Source of the DNA: an uncultured Sphaerobacteraceae bacterium
GTDB lineage: Bacteria; Chloroflexota; Chloroflexia; Thermomicrobiales; UBA6265
DNA: 48,614 nucleotides
NCBI GenBank assembly: GCA_964574825.1
Contig: CAZNQC010000002.1
Span: 3,557-52,170, forward strand
Direction: 5' to 3'
The first letter of the stretch is position 1, and every line of letters begins with the position of its first letter. Under the pieces are notes generated by a model. The model saw only the letters and a list, made by a program, of their open reading frames with translations. It ran no database searches and was not told the DNA's origin. The translations under genes and the position numbers were made by a program. Below are positions 18,721 to 28,567 of this stretch, piece after piece.

Positions 18721-18754
18721 AAAACGCCGCCAGGGTCGTCATGTCCTGGCGGCG
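18721..18754 (-). terminator. Intrinsic terminator downstream of gatA
   Basis: A 10-bp GC-rich stem (cgccgccagg/cctggcggcg) with a 10-nt loop, followed on the minus strand by TTTTCC. It lies 36 nt after the gatA stop. Confidence 0.6.
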
Positions 18755-18789
18755 CACGTTGTGGGCGATTCTGGTGGCGTGGACGAGGA

Positions 18790-20253
18790 TCAGGTCAGGT
18801 CTGGCGTGATGTTTCCAGTCGCCGTCGATTGCTCGTAGGCATGAGCGATGCCCAGAAGATTGGCCTCGTCAAACGGCTTGCCAAGCAACTGGAACCCGAC
18901 TGGCAATCCGTCGGACTGTCCGCACGGAATCGAAATGCCCGGGATTCCCGCCATGTTGGCCGGAATCGTGAAGACATCGGCCAGATACATCTGGTACGGG
19001 TCGTTGGTGCGCGATCCAACCGGGAAGGCGACGGTCGGCGATGTTGGGCCGACAATCACGTCGACGTCCTCGAACGCCCGGTCGAAATCCTGCTTGATCA
19101 ACGTCCTGACCTTCTGGGCCTTGACATAGTAGGCGTCGTAATACCCGCTACTGAGTGCGTAAGTGCCAAGCATGATTCGCCGCTTGACCTCGGGGCCAAA
19201 TCCCTGGCCGCGCGTCTCGCGGTAGGTCTCCTGCAGGGTCGGCTCGTCGACGCGGAGACCGTACTTCACGCCGTCGTAGCGTGAGAGGTTGGCGCTGGCC
19301 TCGGCCGGAGCAGTGATGTAGTAGGTGGCCAGGGCGTACTCGGTGTGGGGGAGCGAGACGTCGACGAGTTCGGCGCCGAGCGCCTGGAGCTGGGCAATGG
19401 CGGCATCCACGGCCGTGGTTACCCCGGCTTCCATGCCGGAAACCCGGTATTCGCGGGCAACCCCGACTCGCACGCCCTTGAGGTCGCTCCGAAAGGCAGC
19501 CCGGTAGTCAGGCACGTCGAGCGGAACAGACGTTGCGTCATTGCGATCGGTGCCGGCGATTGCCGAGAGCATGATTGCCGCATCTTCAACGGTGCGGGCG
19601 AACGGGCCGATCTGATCGAGGGAGCTGGCGAAGGCCATCAGCCCGAACCGGGATACCCGTCCATAGGTCGGCTTGAGACCAACCACACCGCAGAAACCGG
19701 CCGGCTGCCGGATCGATCCCCCCGTGTCGGATCCAAGCGAGAGAATAGCTTCCCGGGCGGCAACCGCTGCTGCCGAACCGCCGCTGGAGCCGCCCGGCAC
19801 CCTGGTCGTATCCCAGGGATTGAACGTGGGACCGTAGGCCGAGTTCTCGGTGGATGACCCCATCGCGAATTCGTCGGTGTTGGTCTTGCCGATGAAGACT
19901 GCACCCTGGTCGCGGAGCCGGCTCACCACTGTGGCGTCATACGGGCTGAGGTAGCCGGCCAGGATCTTCGAGGCGGCGGTGGTCGGCGCGTCGGTCGTGA
20001 CCAGGATGTCCTTCAGTGCGACCGGAATACCGGTCAGTGGGGCCACGTCACCGGCAGCGATCCGGGCATCGGCCGCCGTTGCCTGGGTTGTCGCCACGTC
20101 CCGCATCAGGTGCAGGTAGGCATGGACCTGGCTCTCGACGGCGTCGATTCGGTCGTAGTAGGCATTGGCGAGATCAACGGCTGATAGCTCGCGGGCATCG
20201 AGCTTCGCCCGGGCTTCCGCAGCCGTGAGCTGGGTCAGGTCCTGGTTGGTCAC
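18790..20253 (-). CDS. gatA: Asp-tRNA(Asn)/Glu-tRNA(Gln) amidotransferase subunit A
   Basis: 487 aa with the amidase signature [13 protein letters not shown] and [13 protein letters not shown]. The GTG start overlaps the gatC stop (GTGA). Confidence 0.92.
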   Translation of the reverse strand: MTNQDLTQLTAAEARAKLDARELSAVDLANAYYDRIDAVESQVHAYLHLMRDVATTQATAADARIAAGDVAPLTGIPVALKDILVTTDAPTTAASKILAGYLSPYDATVVSRLRDQGAVFIGKTNTDEFAMGSSTENSAYGPTFNPWDTTRVPGGSSGGSAAAVAAREAILSLGSDTGGSIRQPAGFCGVVGLKPTYGRVSRFGLMAFASSLDQIGPFARTVEDAAIMLSAIAGTDRNDATSVPLDVPDYRAAFRSDLKGVRVGVAREYRVSGMEAGVTTAVDAAIAQLQALGAELVDVSLPHTEYALATYYITAPAEASANLSRYDGVKYGLRVDEPTLQETYRETRGQGFGPEVKRRIMLGTYALSSGYYDAYYVKAQKVRTLIKQDFDRAFEDVDVIVGPTSPTVAFPVGSRTNDPYQMYLADVFTIPANMAGIPGISIPCGQSDGLPVGFQLLGKPFDEANLLGIAHAYEQSTATGNITPDLT

Positions 20254-20558
20254 GCGCTCGCTCCTTCCCCGTCACCGAGCACGGCCCGTACCTCGAAGAA
20301 GCCATCGCGCTGCTGCGGAGCATTGGCCAGGACCTGCTCCTGGGTGAGTGAGGTGCGGACCTCATCGTCACGCATGATGTTGGTCAGGTTATTGACCTGT
20401 GCCGTCGGCGGAATCGACGAGGTGTCCAACTGCTGCAGGACTTCGATGTGGCCGAGGATCGACGACAGTTCGGTTCGCAGGCTGGCAACCTCTTCGCTGG
20501 AAAGACCCAGCCTGGCGAGCGTGGCGACGTGTAGCACGTCCGCATCGGTAAGGGACAT
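20250..20558 (-). CDS. gatC: Asp-tRNA(Asn)/Glu-tRNA(Gln) amidotransferase subunit C
   Basis: 102 aa starting [45 protein letters not shown], a typical GatC sequence. AGGAG lies upstream of ATG 20558. The 201-aa track ORF is a 5' extension. Confidence 0.88.
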   Translation of the reverse strand: MSLTDADVLHVATLARLGLSSEEVASLRTELSSILGHIEVLQQLDTSSIPPTAQVNNLTNIMRDDEVRTSLTQEQVLANAPQQRDGFFEVRAVLGDGEGASA

Positions 20559-20668
20559 GATGGCTCCTGGATGCACGGAAGCAAGTGATGGGCAGGGCCG
20601 GAAATTGGGCCAGAATGGCCCGGGCCGGTCAGCCCGATTCAGCGAATCATGGTAGCAGATGGCTGCCG

Positions 20669-21814
20669 TCAGAGAGTTCGTCGATACCGGGATTCGCCGC
20701 CCACGAACGTCTCTTCGACCTCGATGTCCGGCGACCAGACCGTCAGGTCGGCCCTGGCGCCGACCACCAGCCGGCCCCTGGTTGAATCGCCGAGGACATC
20801 GGCCGGTACGCGTGAGCACATGTGGAGTGCTTCGCCGAGGCTGGCACCGCCCCATGTGACCAGGTTGCGCACGGCGCGGTCCATGGTCAGCACCGAACCG
20901 GCCAGCGTGCCGTCGGGCAGGGTCACGGCATCACCCGCCACAGTCACATCGCGGCGGCCGATCTGGTAGGTCCCGGCGGCCAGCCCGGCCGCCGACATCA
21001 TGTCCGACACGATGGCGATGCGGTCGGGACCTTTGGCCCGGAGCGCGAGGCGAACGGTGGCGGGGTGGGAGTGGACCGCGTCGGGGATCAGCCCGGCAAT
21101 CACGCGGTCGTCAGTCATCGTGGCGATCATCGCGCCGGGGTTGCGATGGTGCATGGGCGACATTGCATTGAACAGATGGGTCGCCATCGTCGCTCCGGCA
21201 TCGACGCCGGATTCGAACGTGTCAAAGGTGGCATCGGTGTGGCCGAGGCTGACGATGATGCCGCGCTCAACAAGTTTCCGGATCAGGCCGATTGCTCCGG
21301 GGCGGTCCGGCGCCAGTGTCACCAGACGGATCGATTGCTCCTCGATCCAGTCGTCGATCAGGCCATCTGGCGCAGCTTCGATGTAGTCGAGACGGTGGGC
21401 TCCCTTGCGGACGGGCGACAGGAATGGTCCTTCGAGATGGAACCCAAGGGGTGTGGCTCCGATCGAGGCGTCAACCTCCTGCCAGCCATCAAACACCTGC
21501 GGATAGAACTCGGCGGCCGAGGTGATGATGGTCGGTAGCCAGGCTGTTACGCCGCTGGCGACCGACCATCGGGCAATTTGCTCGATATTGCGCGGATCGT
21601 CATCTGCCTCGACCCCATCGGCCCCATTCACCTGGAGGTCAATCAGGCCAGGGGTGACCAGGTGGACGTCATGAACCTCGCTGGGGAGGTTTCCGTCCGC
21701 AGCATGTCCGCGCTGGATCGACGCGATGCGTCCGTCGCTGACCACGATGGTGCCAGTCTCGATGGATGTGCCAAACAGCAGGCGACCGCGCAGGGCGAAG
21801 GTAGAGTGGCTCAT
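20669..21814 (-). CDS. nagA: N-acetylglucosamine-6-phosphate deacetylase
   Basis: 381 aa. PGLIDLQVNG, GFHLEGPFLS and THLFNAMS are NagA amidohydrolase motifs. The start overlaps the upstream kinase stop (ATGA). Confidence 0.85.
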   Translation of the reverse strand: MSHSTFALRGRLLFGTSIETGTIVVSDGRIASIQRGHAADGNLPSEVHDVHLVTPGLIDLQVNGADGVEADDDPRNIEQIARWSVASGVTAWLPTIITSAAEFYPQVFDGWQEVDASIGATPLGFHLEGPFLSPVRKGAHRLDYIEAAPDGLIDDWIEEQSIRLVTLAPDRPGAIGLIRKLVERGIIVSLGHTDATFDTFESGVDAGATMATHLFNAMSPMHHRNPGAMIATMTDDRVIAGLIPDAVHSHPATVRLALRAKGPDRIAIVSDMMSAAGLAAGTYQIGRRDVTVAGDAVTLPDGTLAGSVLTMDRAVRNLVTWGGASLGEALHMCSRVPADVLGDSTRGRLVVGARADLTVWSPDIEVEETFVGGESRYRRTL

Positions 21815-22728
21815 GTTGACCTCGGGTTGAAGGAGCTGGCGGCGAGTGCCTGGGCCGCAGCCAGGGCCGGATCGGTGACGAGGCGGATGTCCAGACTTGG
21901 GAACTCTTCCTCGAAGGCGGACAGGAACTCACGGCGGAATCGTTCGGAACCGGTAAGCAGGCCACCAGTCAGAGCGAGGGGCAACGGTGGCGGCAGGTCC
22001 AGCCGGCGGGCGGCCGCCCTGGCAGTGTGGGCGAGCTCCTGCGCCGACGAGGCGACGATGTTGCGGGCGACAGCATCTCCAGCATCGGCAGCCGCCAGCA
22101 CGATGGCTGAGAGAGCAGCGATGTCGCCCTTGGTTCGGTCCTGAGCGTAGACCCACTGGATCAACTGAAATGGCTCCTCCAGCCGGAGATGTTCCATCAC
22201 GCGATCGAAACAGTCAGTTGCCGGCCCCCTGCCGTCGACCTGGGCGGTGAAGGCCAGCAGCATCTGACGGGCCAGATCGTAACCGCTTCCCTCGTCACCA
22301 AGAATCTGGCCCCAGCCTCCCGCACGGACCCGGGTGCCGCTGGCGCCATAGCCAAACGCAATCGAGCCAGTCCCGGCCACCACAACCAGTCCGATGCTGT
22401 CCGGCAGGGCGGCGAGGACGAGTTCGGCGTCGTTGCTCATCCGGATGTTGGGTGAGAGATGCTCCAGGTGCGGTCGCAACTTGCGATGGTCTTCCGGGCG
22501 GTCACCGCCGGAAAGCCCGAACCAGGCCCCTCCCAGGTCGGCCTGAGCCTCGGCGAGCGCCTGCTCCAGTCCGCGACGGAGCACGGCTCCCGCGGCATCG
22601 TGGCCGATCACGGCAGCGTTCGATGTCGAGGCTGTCTGGCGACCGACCTCCAGCCCATCGGCGTCGACGAGGACAAAGGTGGTCTTGGTGCCACCGCCAT
22701 CGACTCCGGCAAATACTGTGCGGGTCAT
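21811..22728 (-). CDS. BadF/BadG/BcrA/BcrD-type sugar kinase (MurNAc/GlcNAc kinase, MurK/NagK-like)
   Basis: It has the N-terminal ASKHA phosphate-1 motif GVDGGGTKT, plus VVAGTGSIAFG and GWGQILGDEGSGY. It sits between murQ and nagA with 4-nt overlaps on both sides. Confidence 0.72.
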   Translation of the reverse strand: MTRTVFAGVDGGGTKTTFVLVDADGLEVGRQTASTSNAAVIGHDAAGAVLRRGLEQALAEAQADLGGAWFGLSGGDRPEDHRKLRPHLEHLSPNIRMSNDAELVLAALPDSIGLVVVAGTGSIAFGYGASGTRVRAGGWGQILGDEGSGYDLARQMLLAFTAQVDGRGPATDCFDRVMEHLRLEEPFQLIQWVYAQDRTKGDIAALSAIVLAAADAGDAVARNIVASSAQELAHTARAAARRLDLPPPLPLALTGGLLTGSERFRREFLSAFEEEFPSLDIRLVTDPALAAAQALAASSFNPRST

Positions 22729-23663
22729 GGGTGGTCTCCGGCCAGGGCCTGGCGAACCACGCCATCAGCGGCGGCGAGGCGCTCGCGGGCATCGACGGCA
22801 TCGATCTCGAGGAGGATGGCGACGATCGCGGTTTTCACCTCGTCATTGGCGTTTTTCAGGGCGGCTCGTGCCTCATCATCGGGCACACCAGTCGCTTCCC
22901 GCACAATGCTCACCGCCCGCTCACGCAATTTGGCATTCGTCGGCTGCACGTCGACCATCAGGTTGCCGTAGGTCTTGCCCAGGCGAATCATGGTCGCGGT
23001 GGTCAGCATGTTCAGGACGAGTTTCTGCGCCGTGCCCGACTTCATCCGGGTCGAGCCGGTCACCACCTCCGGCCCCACCGGGACTTCGATTGGGATATCG
23101 ACAGCGGCCGTGAGCGCGGAATCCACCGAGTTGGAGATTCCGACCGTGACGCAGCCAACGGCTCGCGCAAACTCGATCGCGCCGAGCACGTAGGGCGTGC
23201 GGCCGCTGGCGGCAATCCCCACCACCACATCCTGGGGTGTGAGCCCGATTTCCTCCAGGCTGACGCGGCCGGCATCGCGCTGGTCTTCCACCTGCTCGAT
23301 CGGATGCCGCAGGGCGCGATCGCCGCCCGCGATCAACCCAATCACCAGACCAGGATCGGTATTGAACGTCGGCGGGCATTCCGAGGCGTCGAGCACGCCC
23401 AGTCGGCCCGAGGTACCCGCGCCGATGTAAATCAGGCGACCGCGATGGCGCATGGCATCGACGATGGCATCGACTGCCTGGGCCACCTGCGGCAGCACGG
23501 TCGCGACAGCCGGTGCGACCAGGTGGTCCTGCTGGTTGATGATGGTTGCCACGCCCAGCGAGTCGAGCGTGTCGATGTCGTTGGAGTCGGCGTTGCGACC
23601 CTCTGTTGAGATTGTGCCGAGATCAATGCGGGAAGTGTCCAAGCGTTCCTCACTCACTGGCAT
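22725..23663 (-). CDS. murQ: N-acetylmuramic acid 6-phosphate etherase
   Basis: 312 aa SIS-domain protein. STEGRN, GRLIYIGAGTSGRLGVLDASECPPTF, GIAASGRTPYV, TGSTRMKSGTAQK and YGNLMVDV are all MurQ-typical. Confidence 0.9.
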   Translation of the reverse strand: MPVSEERLDTSRIDLGTISTEGRNADSNDIDTLDSLGVATIINQQDHLVAPAVATVLPQVAQAVDAIVDAMRHRGRLIYIGAGTSGRLGVLDASECPPTFNTDPGLVIGLIAGGDRALRHPIEQVEDQRDAGRVSLEEIGLTPQDVVVGIAASGRTPYVLGAIEFARAVGCVTVGISNSVDSALTAAVDIPIEVPVGPEVVTGSTRMKSGTAQKLVLNMLTTATMIRLGKTYGNLMVDVQPTNAKLRERAVSIVREATGVPDDEARAALKNANDEVKTAIVAILLEIDAVDARERLAAADGVVRQALAGDHP

Positions 23664-24826
23664 TATGCGTAATCGGGCAACAGGAATTCCTGGCGATGCT
23701 GATTGAACCCGGCCGCCTCGTCGGCCCAGCGCGCCAGCAGGGCCTCGAGATCCCCATCGTCGTCAATTGCCCGCCGCAGGTCGTCAGTTCCGGCGAGTTT
23801 GTCGACGAACGTACCGCCTTCGTTGAAGCCGGTCCAGCCAAAGTGTTCGGGATAGAGGTGCTTGAGCGTCGCCAGGATGGTCACGCCGGTTCGGATCGGA
23901 TCCCAGGCGAGGCGGTCGGTGACGTAGACCTGAACGGCGCCACAGCATTCGCCCTGATGTTTCGAGATCCAGGGAGTGAACCAGGTCGGCCGGAATCCGA
24001 CGTGCGGCAGGTTCCGGGTGGTGAGTTCGGCGGCCAGTTGCTCGGGATCAACCCATGGCGCTCCGAAGATCTCGAACGGCCGGGTCGTGCCACGGGCTTC
24101 GGAGAGATTGGTGCCTTCGATCAGGCACGTGGCCGGATAGCAGGTGACCGAGTTGAGTGTTGGCAGATTCGGCGATGGCAGGACCCACGGCAAACCGGTC
24201 TGGTCGTACCACATCGAACGTTGCCAGCCGCTCATCGGAACCACTTCAGGTTTCGGCAGACCGGTCTGGGCCGCCCACCAGTGACCGAACTCGCCGATCG
24301 TCAATCCATGCAGGGTGGTCAGCCCGGCTACTCCGACGAATGAAGCAAAGGTGGGATCGAGAATGTTGCCCGCAACAACATCTCCACCGAGTGGATTTGG
24401 GCGATCGAGCATGACGATGTCGACCCCAGCTTCGGCGCACCCTTCCATGGCGTGCATCACGGTGGCCAGATAGGTTGCGTAGCGGACGCCGATGTCCTGC
24501 AGGTCGATGACGAGGACGTCGATTGGCTCCAGCATGGCCGGGGTTGGAACGCGGGTTTCACCGTAGAGACTGTAGGTGGGCAGCCCGGTTCGGGCGTCCA
24601 CCCCGTCGGCCACATGGTCGCCCGCCTGCACGTCGCCGCGGACACCGTGTTCCGGGCCGTACAGCGCGCGGAGGTCGACGTCGGGATGAGCAACCAGCAG
24701 CTCGATACTTGTGTGCAGGTCGCCGTCGATTCCCGACGGATTGGTCAGCAGCCCGACTCTTCGCCCCCGCACGCTGGTGGGCACATCGTCGAGAAACCGT
24801 TCGAGACCGGATGCTACGCGTTTCAT
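23663..24826 (-). CDS. namZ: DUF1343 family protein (exo-beta-N-acetylmuramidase NamZ-like)
   Basis: 387 aa. The pattern GLERFLDD...RVGLLTNPSGIDGDL...ALYGPEHG...DIGVRYATY is the DUF1343/YbbC signature. Its stop overlaps the murQ start by 1 nt (TAATG). Confidence 0.75.
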   Translation of the reverse strand: MKRVASGLERFLDDVPTSVRGRRVGLLTNPSGIDGDLHTSIELLVAHPDVDLRALYGPEHGVRGDVQAGDHVADGVDARTGLPTYSLYGETRVPTPAMLEPIDVLVIDLQDIGVRYATYLATVMHAMEGCAEAGVDIVMLDRPNPLGGDVVAGNILDPTFASFVGVAGLTTLHGLTIGEFGHWWAAQTGLPKPEVVPMSGWQRSMWYDQTGLPWVLPSPNLPTLNSVTCYPATCLIEGTNLSEARGTTRPFEIFGAPWVDPEQLAAELTTRNLPHVGFRPTWFTPWISKHQGECCGAVQVYVTDRLAWDPIRTGVTILATLKHLYPEHFGWTGFNEGGTFVDKLAGTDDLRRAIDDDGDLEALLARWADEAAGFNQHRQEFLLPDYA

Positions 24827-25030
24827 GCAGGAATCATCCTTTGGTGCGTCTGCGATGATGGATCGAATCAGGTTCGCCGCACTCGTTCACGAGGCGAATG
24901 CTGGTTTTCGGCAGCGAACTGCGGTTGCCATCATGATATAGACTGATTCGCTTCAACGCCGGGTCAGTTCCGGCAGACCTGCATCCACTACACTGGCCTC
25001 TCGATCAGCTACCGGGATATCGAACGCCTC

Positions 25031-26455
25031 GTGCCAGACCCCGCACTTCACGACACACAAGCGTCCACACGAATCTGGCGGCCTCGTTGGCAGTCATTCC
25101 TTGTGCTGGCTTTGAGTTTGCTGCTGGTGCTGGCCGCATGTGGCAGCGAAAGTGGCCCGGAAGAGGATCGCCGGTTCGCCAACGATCCGGCCACTGAGGC
25201 CCCCGCAGAACCCACGACGGCGCCAATTACGCCGGATGGAGTCGTGCCGAGCCAGGATGTCCCCACCGCCCTGCCGCCCGATGCCGCGGAAGGACTCATC
25301 GAATCCGAAGGAGCACCGGCAGGGGTGATGCTGCGTGATGGCAACGCTGTCTTCGTCGTTGACCCTTCGGCCCCGGGCCAGCGAACGGAGGTCACGTTCG
25401 GCGAAACAGGATCGTTGCTGGATTTCGCTCCGTCACCGTCGGGCGGACGTGTTGTTGGGCTCGTGCTGACGCCGGACGATGGGCTGATGGTTGAACTGCG
25501 CAACACCCGCAATGAGGTGATCGACCGCTGGCAGATCGAGGACGACGCAGCATCCATGGCCAGTCCGGCGGCGACGGTGGGAGCGGAAGCCGGGTTCGCG
25601 ATTTCGTGGACCGGTGCTCGCGATCGGGTGCTGGCAACGATCGATGGATCGCGGCTGGTGAGCGTCGACTTTGCGGACGGACCGGAGGAGATTTCCATTC
25701 CGGAAGGATTCGGTCAGCTCATCGAGGCCAGTTGGTCGCCAACTGGTGATCGCATCGCGATGTTCGGCATTGGTCCAACTGGCTCCGGGACCATCTGGAC
25801 CGTCAGCCCCTACGTCGATGGTGAGTCGTTCCGCCAGGTCATGCCCCCTGCCGCCGACGCTGCCAACCTGGGCTCGGTCACGCATTTCGAGTGGCTGGCG
25901 GATGGCAGCGGCCTGCTCTACATCCTGGCGCAGGACGCGTCGGCAACGCACCCGGGCGGCAACCTCTATCGTCTCGACCTCTCCAGCCGGCAACGACAGA
26001 TTGTTGCGACTCCAGGGCGGGGTGGGCCAACTGCCCAGATCGTGGATTTCACGGTCTCGCCCGACGGGGCATCGGTTGCCTACGTCATCGCCAGTCAGAC
26101 CAACGATGAGTGGTCGTATCACTCGCTCTGGATTCGCTCGCTTGCCTCGCCGCTCCATCTGCAGGTCGATACCGGAGGAGCAGCGGAGGTTAGTGGCATG
26201 TGGTGGGCTGGCTCGGGGTTCGTCTGGCGAACCCCGACAGTGGACGGACCACAGCTGGCCTTCCAGGATCGCCGGACGCTGCCAACCATCATTTGGCAGC
26301 CGGCGGATGCGGTGATCGCGACGCCGGTGGCATCACCGATCGCGTCTCCGGTCGCCAGCCCACTGGCGACGCCGGTTGCGAGTCCGATCGCCTCGCCATT
26401 CGCCAGTCCCGTCGCATCACCCGTGGCCATCCCGAACGCAACACCCGGATCCTGA
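25031..26455 (+). CDS. Lipoprotein with PD40/TolB-like beta-propeller repeats and a C-terminal x-A-S/T-P repeat tail
   Basis: Lipobox LLVLAAC after a basic N-region. PD40-like blades recur (SWSPTGDRIAMFG, FEWLADGSGLLYIL, FTVSPDGASVAYVI). The track start at 25031 is GTG, and the true start is uncertain. Confidence 0.65.
   Translation: MPDPALHDTQASTRIWRPRWQSFLVLALSLLLVLAACGSESGPEEDRRFANDPATEAPAEPTTAPITPDGVVPSQDVPTALPPDAAEGLIESEGAPAGVMLRDGNAVFVVDPSAPGQRTEVTFGETGSLLDFAPSPSGGRVVGLVLTPDDGLMVELRNTRNEVIDRWQIEDDAASMASPAATVGAEAGFAISWTGARDRVLATIDGSRLVSVDFADGPEEISIPEGFGQLIEASWSPTGDRIAMFGIGPTGSGTIWTVSPYVDGESFRQVMPPAADAANLGSVTHFEWLADGSGLLYILAQDASATHPGGNLYRLDLSSRQRQIVATPGRGGPTAQIVDFTVSPDGASVAYVIASQTNDEWSYHSLWIRSLASPLHLQVDTGGAAEVSGMWWAGSGFVWRTPTVDGPQLAFQDRRTLPTIIWQPADAVIATPVASPIASPVASPLATPVASPIASPFASPVASPVAIPNATPGS
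26315..26446 (+). repeat. Eleven tandem 12-nt (tetrapeptide) repeats encoding x-A-(S/T/I)-P
   Basis: The units read IATP VASP IASP VASP LATP VASP IASP FASP VASP VAIP NATP, directly before the stop. The repeat codons are diversified at synonymous positions. Confidence 0.9.
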
Positions 26456-26459
26456 ATCG

Positions 26460-28397
26460 TCAGGTGATCTCGTCAGCGTCGAAGATGTTACGCGCCGCGG
26501 TCAATCGTTCCTCGATCTCCCGGGCATCAAACGAGTCACTGGAGGCGACATCGACTGCCGGGTCGTCGTGGACTGGAGCGGCGGCTTCGGGCGCCGGTGA
26601 GGCTTCAACAGAGGTTGTTTTCTGTGGCGCCGCCGTCGATGCGGTCAGTTGAAGATCCTCGCGCGAAACGAACGAAACCTGCACACTGCGGCCAATGATC
26701 CGGCCGACCGCATCCTCGACCACGCGGCGAACGTCATCGGAATTCAGCTTGTTTCGGTGGAATTCGTAGGGCGAGACAATGGTCACCTGGCTGCCGGCAA
26801 CCGCCGCCGGGTCTGCCTGCTGCAGGAGTGCCTCGATCCGCCGGTTGACTGCCTTCACATCGGCCTTCACCTGTTGCCAGGCATCCATCAATCGTTCCAG
26901 TTCGTCGCCGGTGGCACCACGTGGGGCGGCCGAGGCGGGCGTGGCGATTGGTGCTGCCAGGCGCACAGCCGGTTCGTTGTCCGGTGTTCGGGAGGGTGAA
27001 TTCTCAGGCGGTGCACTGCTGCGCGGCGGGGCAGCATCGCGCTGACTGGAAAGCGACGCCGTCCCTCGCACACGATCGCGCAGACCACCCGAGCGCCGGG
27101 GTTGAGCCTGTCCTGGGTCCTCTCGCGGCGGCATGTCTTCGTGCGGAGGGGGTGGTGGCGGAGCCTGGCGATCGGGTTGCCTTGACCGGGCAGTCGCCGG
27201 GGCACTCTCGATGGGTGCAGGGGCTGGCGCGGGGCTGGCGAGATGCATACCCATTGCCGCCTCGACAATTGCGACTTCGAGCGGGAGTTGAGGCAGGGCT
27301 GACCGCTTGCTGCGGAAATCGATATCGGCAAAGTGGCGAAGCAAGCCAGCCAGATCATCAAGGCTGAACCTGCTGGCGAGTGCCTGGGCAGTTTCATCGG
27401 CGTCGGCCGGACCACCGGCCTTTTGAAGCATCAGCACGCGCAGGTAGGTGACCAGTTGACGGCCCAGCTGGCGAATATCGTCGCCATCCTCCGTGGCGGC
27501 GGCTACTTCCCGCAAGCCACCGGCTGGATCCTTGTCAGCCAGCGCCCGGACCAGAGACTCGACGCGATCGTTGCGCGAAATGCCCAGGACTTCCCGGACC
27601 GTCTCCGCCGTGATCGCGCTGCGTTCGTCGGTGGCCGACTCCCGGTAGACGGCTACCTGATCGAGAATGCCCAGGGCGTCGCGCAGACTGCCGGTTGCTT
27701 GCCGGGCGATGACGGGCAGCGCGTTGTCGTCAACGTCGATCCCTTCGCGATCGGCAACCGTGCGGAGGCGCGAGACCATGGCTTGCGCATTGATTCGCCG
27801 GAAGTCGAAACGCTGGCATCGGCTGACGATGGTTTGCAGGAGTTCTTCGGGATCGGTCGTGGCCAGCACGAACCGCGAGTGGCTCGGCGGCTCCTCCAGC
27901 GTCTTCAGGAACGCATTGGCGGCAGCCCCGGTGATCTGATGTGCCTCGTCGATGATGTAGAACTTCGACTTCAGTTGGGTGGGGGCGTATTTGACGCGCT
28001 CGCGCAAGTCTCGAATGTCGTCAATGCCGCGATTGCTGGCGGCATCAATCTCAATCACATCGGTGGTGGCGTTGCTGTTGATCGCCACGCAGGCTGCACA
28101 TTCGTTGCATGGTCGGTTCAACGGATTGGGATCAAGACAGTTGACGGCTTTCGCCAGCAGCCGGGCAGTCGTCGTCTTGCCGGTGCCGCGCGGTCCGCAG
28201 AACAGATAGGCGTGGGCAACCCGGTCCAGGGCAATGGCATTCCGCAATGTGGAGACCACATGCTCCTGCCCCACCAGATCGTCGTCGGCAAAGGTCGACG
28301 GACGATACTTCCGGTAGAGCGAGTGCGTACCGCCCGGCGACGCAGATCCCGCGTCGGGAGTGAGGGCCTGGACATCGAACAGAGAACCATCGCTCAT
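26460..28397 (-). CDS. dnaX: DNA polymerase III subunit gamma/tau
   Basis: 645 aa from ATG 28397. LYRKYRPSTFADDDLVGQEHV, Walker A GPRGTGKTT, a zinc module C-x-C-x2-C, IIDEAH and a Pro/Ala-rich tau linker are present. The 723-aa track ORF is a 5' extension. Confidence 0.9.
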   Translation of the reverse strand: MSDGSLFDVQALTPDAGSASPGGTHSLYRKYRPSTFADDDLVGQEHVVSTLRNAIALDRVAHAYLFCGPRGTGKTTTARLLAKAVNCLDPNPLNRPCNECAACVAINSNATTDVIEIDAASNRGIDDIRDLRERVKYAPTQLKSKFYIIDEAHQITGAAANAFLKTLEEPPSHSRFVLATTDPEELLQTIVSRCQRFDFRRINAQAMVSRLRTVADREGIDVDDNALPVIARQATGSLRDALGILDQVAVYRESATDERSAITAETVREVLGISRNDRVESLVRALADKDPAGGLREVAAATEDGDDIRQLGRQLVTYLRVLMLQKAGGPADADETAQALASRFSLDDLAGLLRHFADIDFRSKRSALPQLPLEVAIVEAAMGMHLASPAPAPAPIESAPATARSRQPDRQAPPPPPPHEDMPPREDPGQAQPRRSGGLRDRVRGTASLSSQRDAAPPRSSAPPENSPSRTPDNEPAVRLAAPIATPASAAPRGATGDELERLMDAWQQVKADVKAVNRRIEALLQQADPAAVAGSQVTIVSPYEFHRNKLNSDDVRRVVEDAVGRIIGRSVQVSFVSREDLQLTASTAAPQKTTSVEASPAPEAAAPVHDDPAVDVASSDSFDAREIEERLTAARNIFDADEIT

Positions 28398-28567
28398 GTG
28401 TGGAAAAACCTGACTCCAGTTGACCGTGCATCGCGTGAGTGCGTCGCGACGATCATCATTCGTGTCCGTACGCCAATGATAGCTGTTCGGAAATGGCGGC
28501 GCCCCCAGATGGGCGCCTGTCACTGATCCGGATATGGTAGAACACCTGTTCCTGTGATGGAGGTCGA

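Noticed and set aside
20559-20855. The N-terminal extension of gatC (201-aa ORF). Similar 5' extensions occur in the ORFs at 14519, 28631, 18500, 36640, 39949, 40974, 6037 and 1361.
   Set aside because: In each case the conserved family N-terminus begins at an internal ATG or GTG with a Shine-Dalgarno sequence. The extension overlaps the neighbouring gene or the intergenic promoter.
26460-28397. A programmed -1 frameshift or slippery site in dnaX producing a gamma subunit.
   Set aside because: I found no A-AAA-AAG-type heptamer or poly-A run in the coding strand. The only A-run seen (AAAAGG, around 27420-27430) is not a recognised slippery heptamer. I therefore make no claim.
28398-28567. 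A possible SRP (4.5S/ffs) RNA or other ncRNA upstream of dnaX, a common synteny in some bacteria. A GC hairpin lies at 28498-28517.
   Set aside because: No SRP helix-8 motif (GGAAG...AGCAG-type symmetric loop) is recognisable on either strand. The region is most simply the divergent dnaX/rsmI promoter region with one short hairpin.
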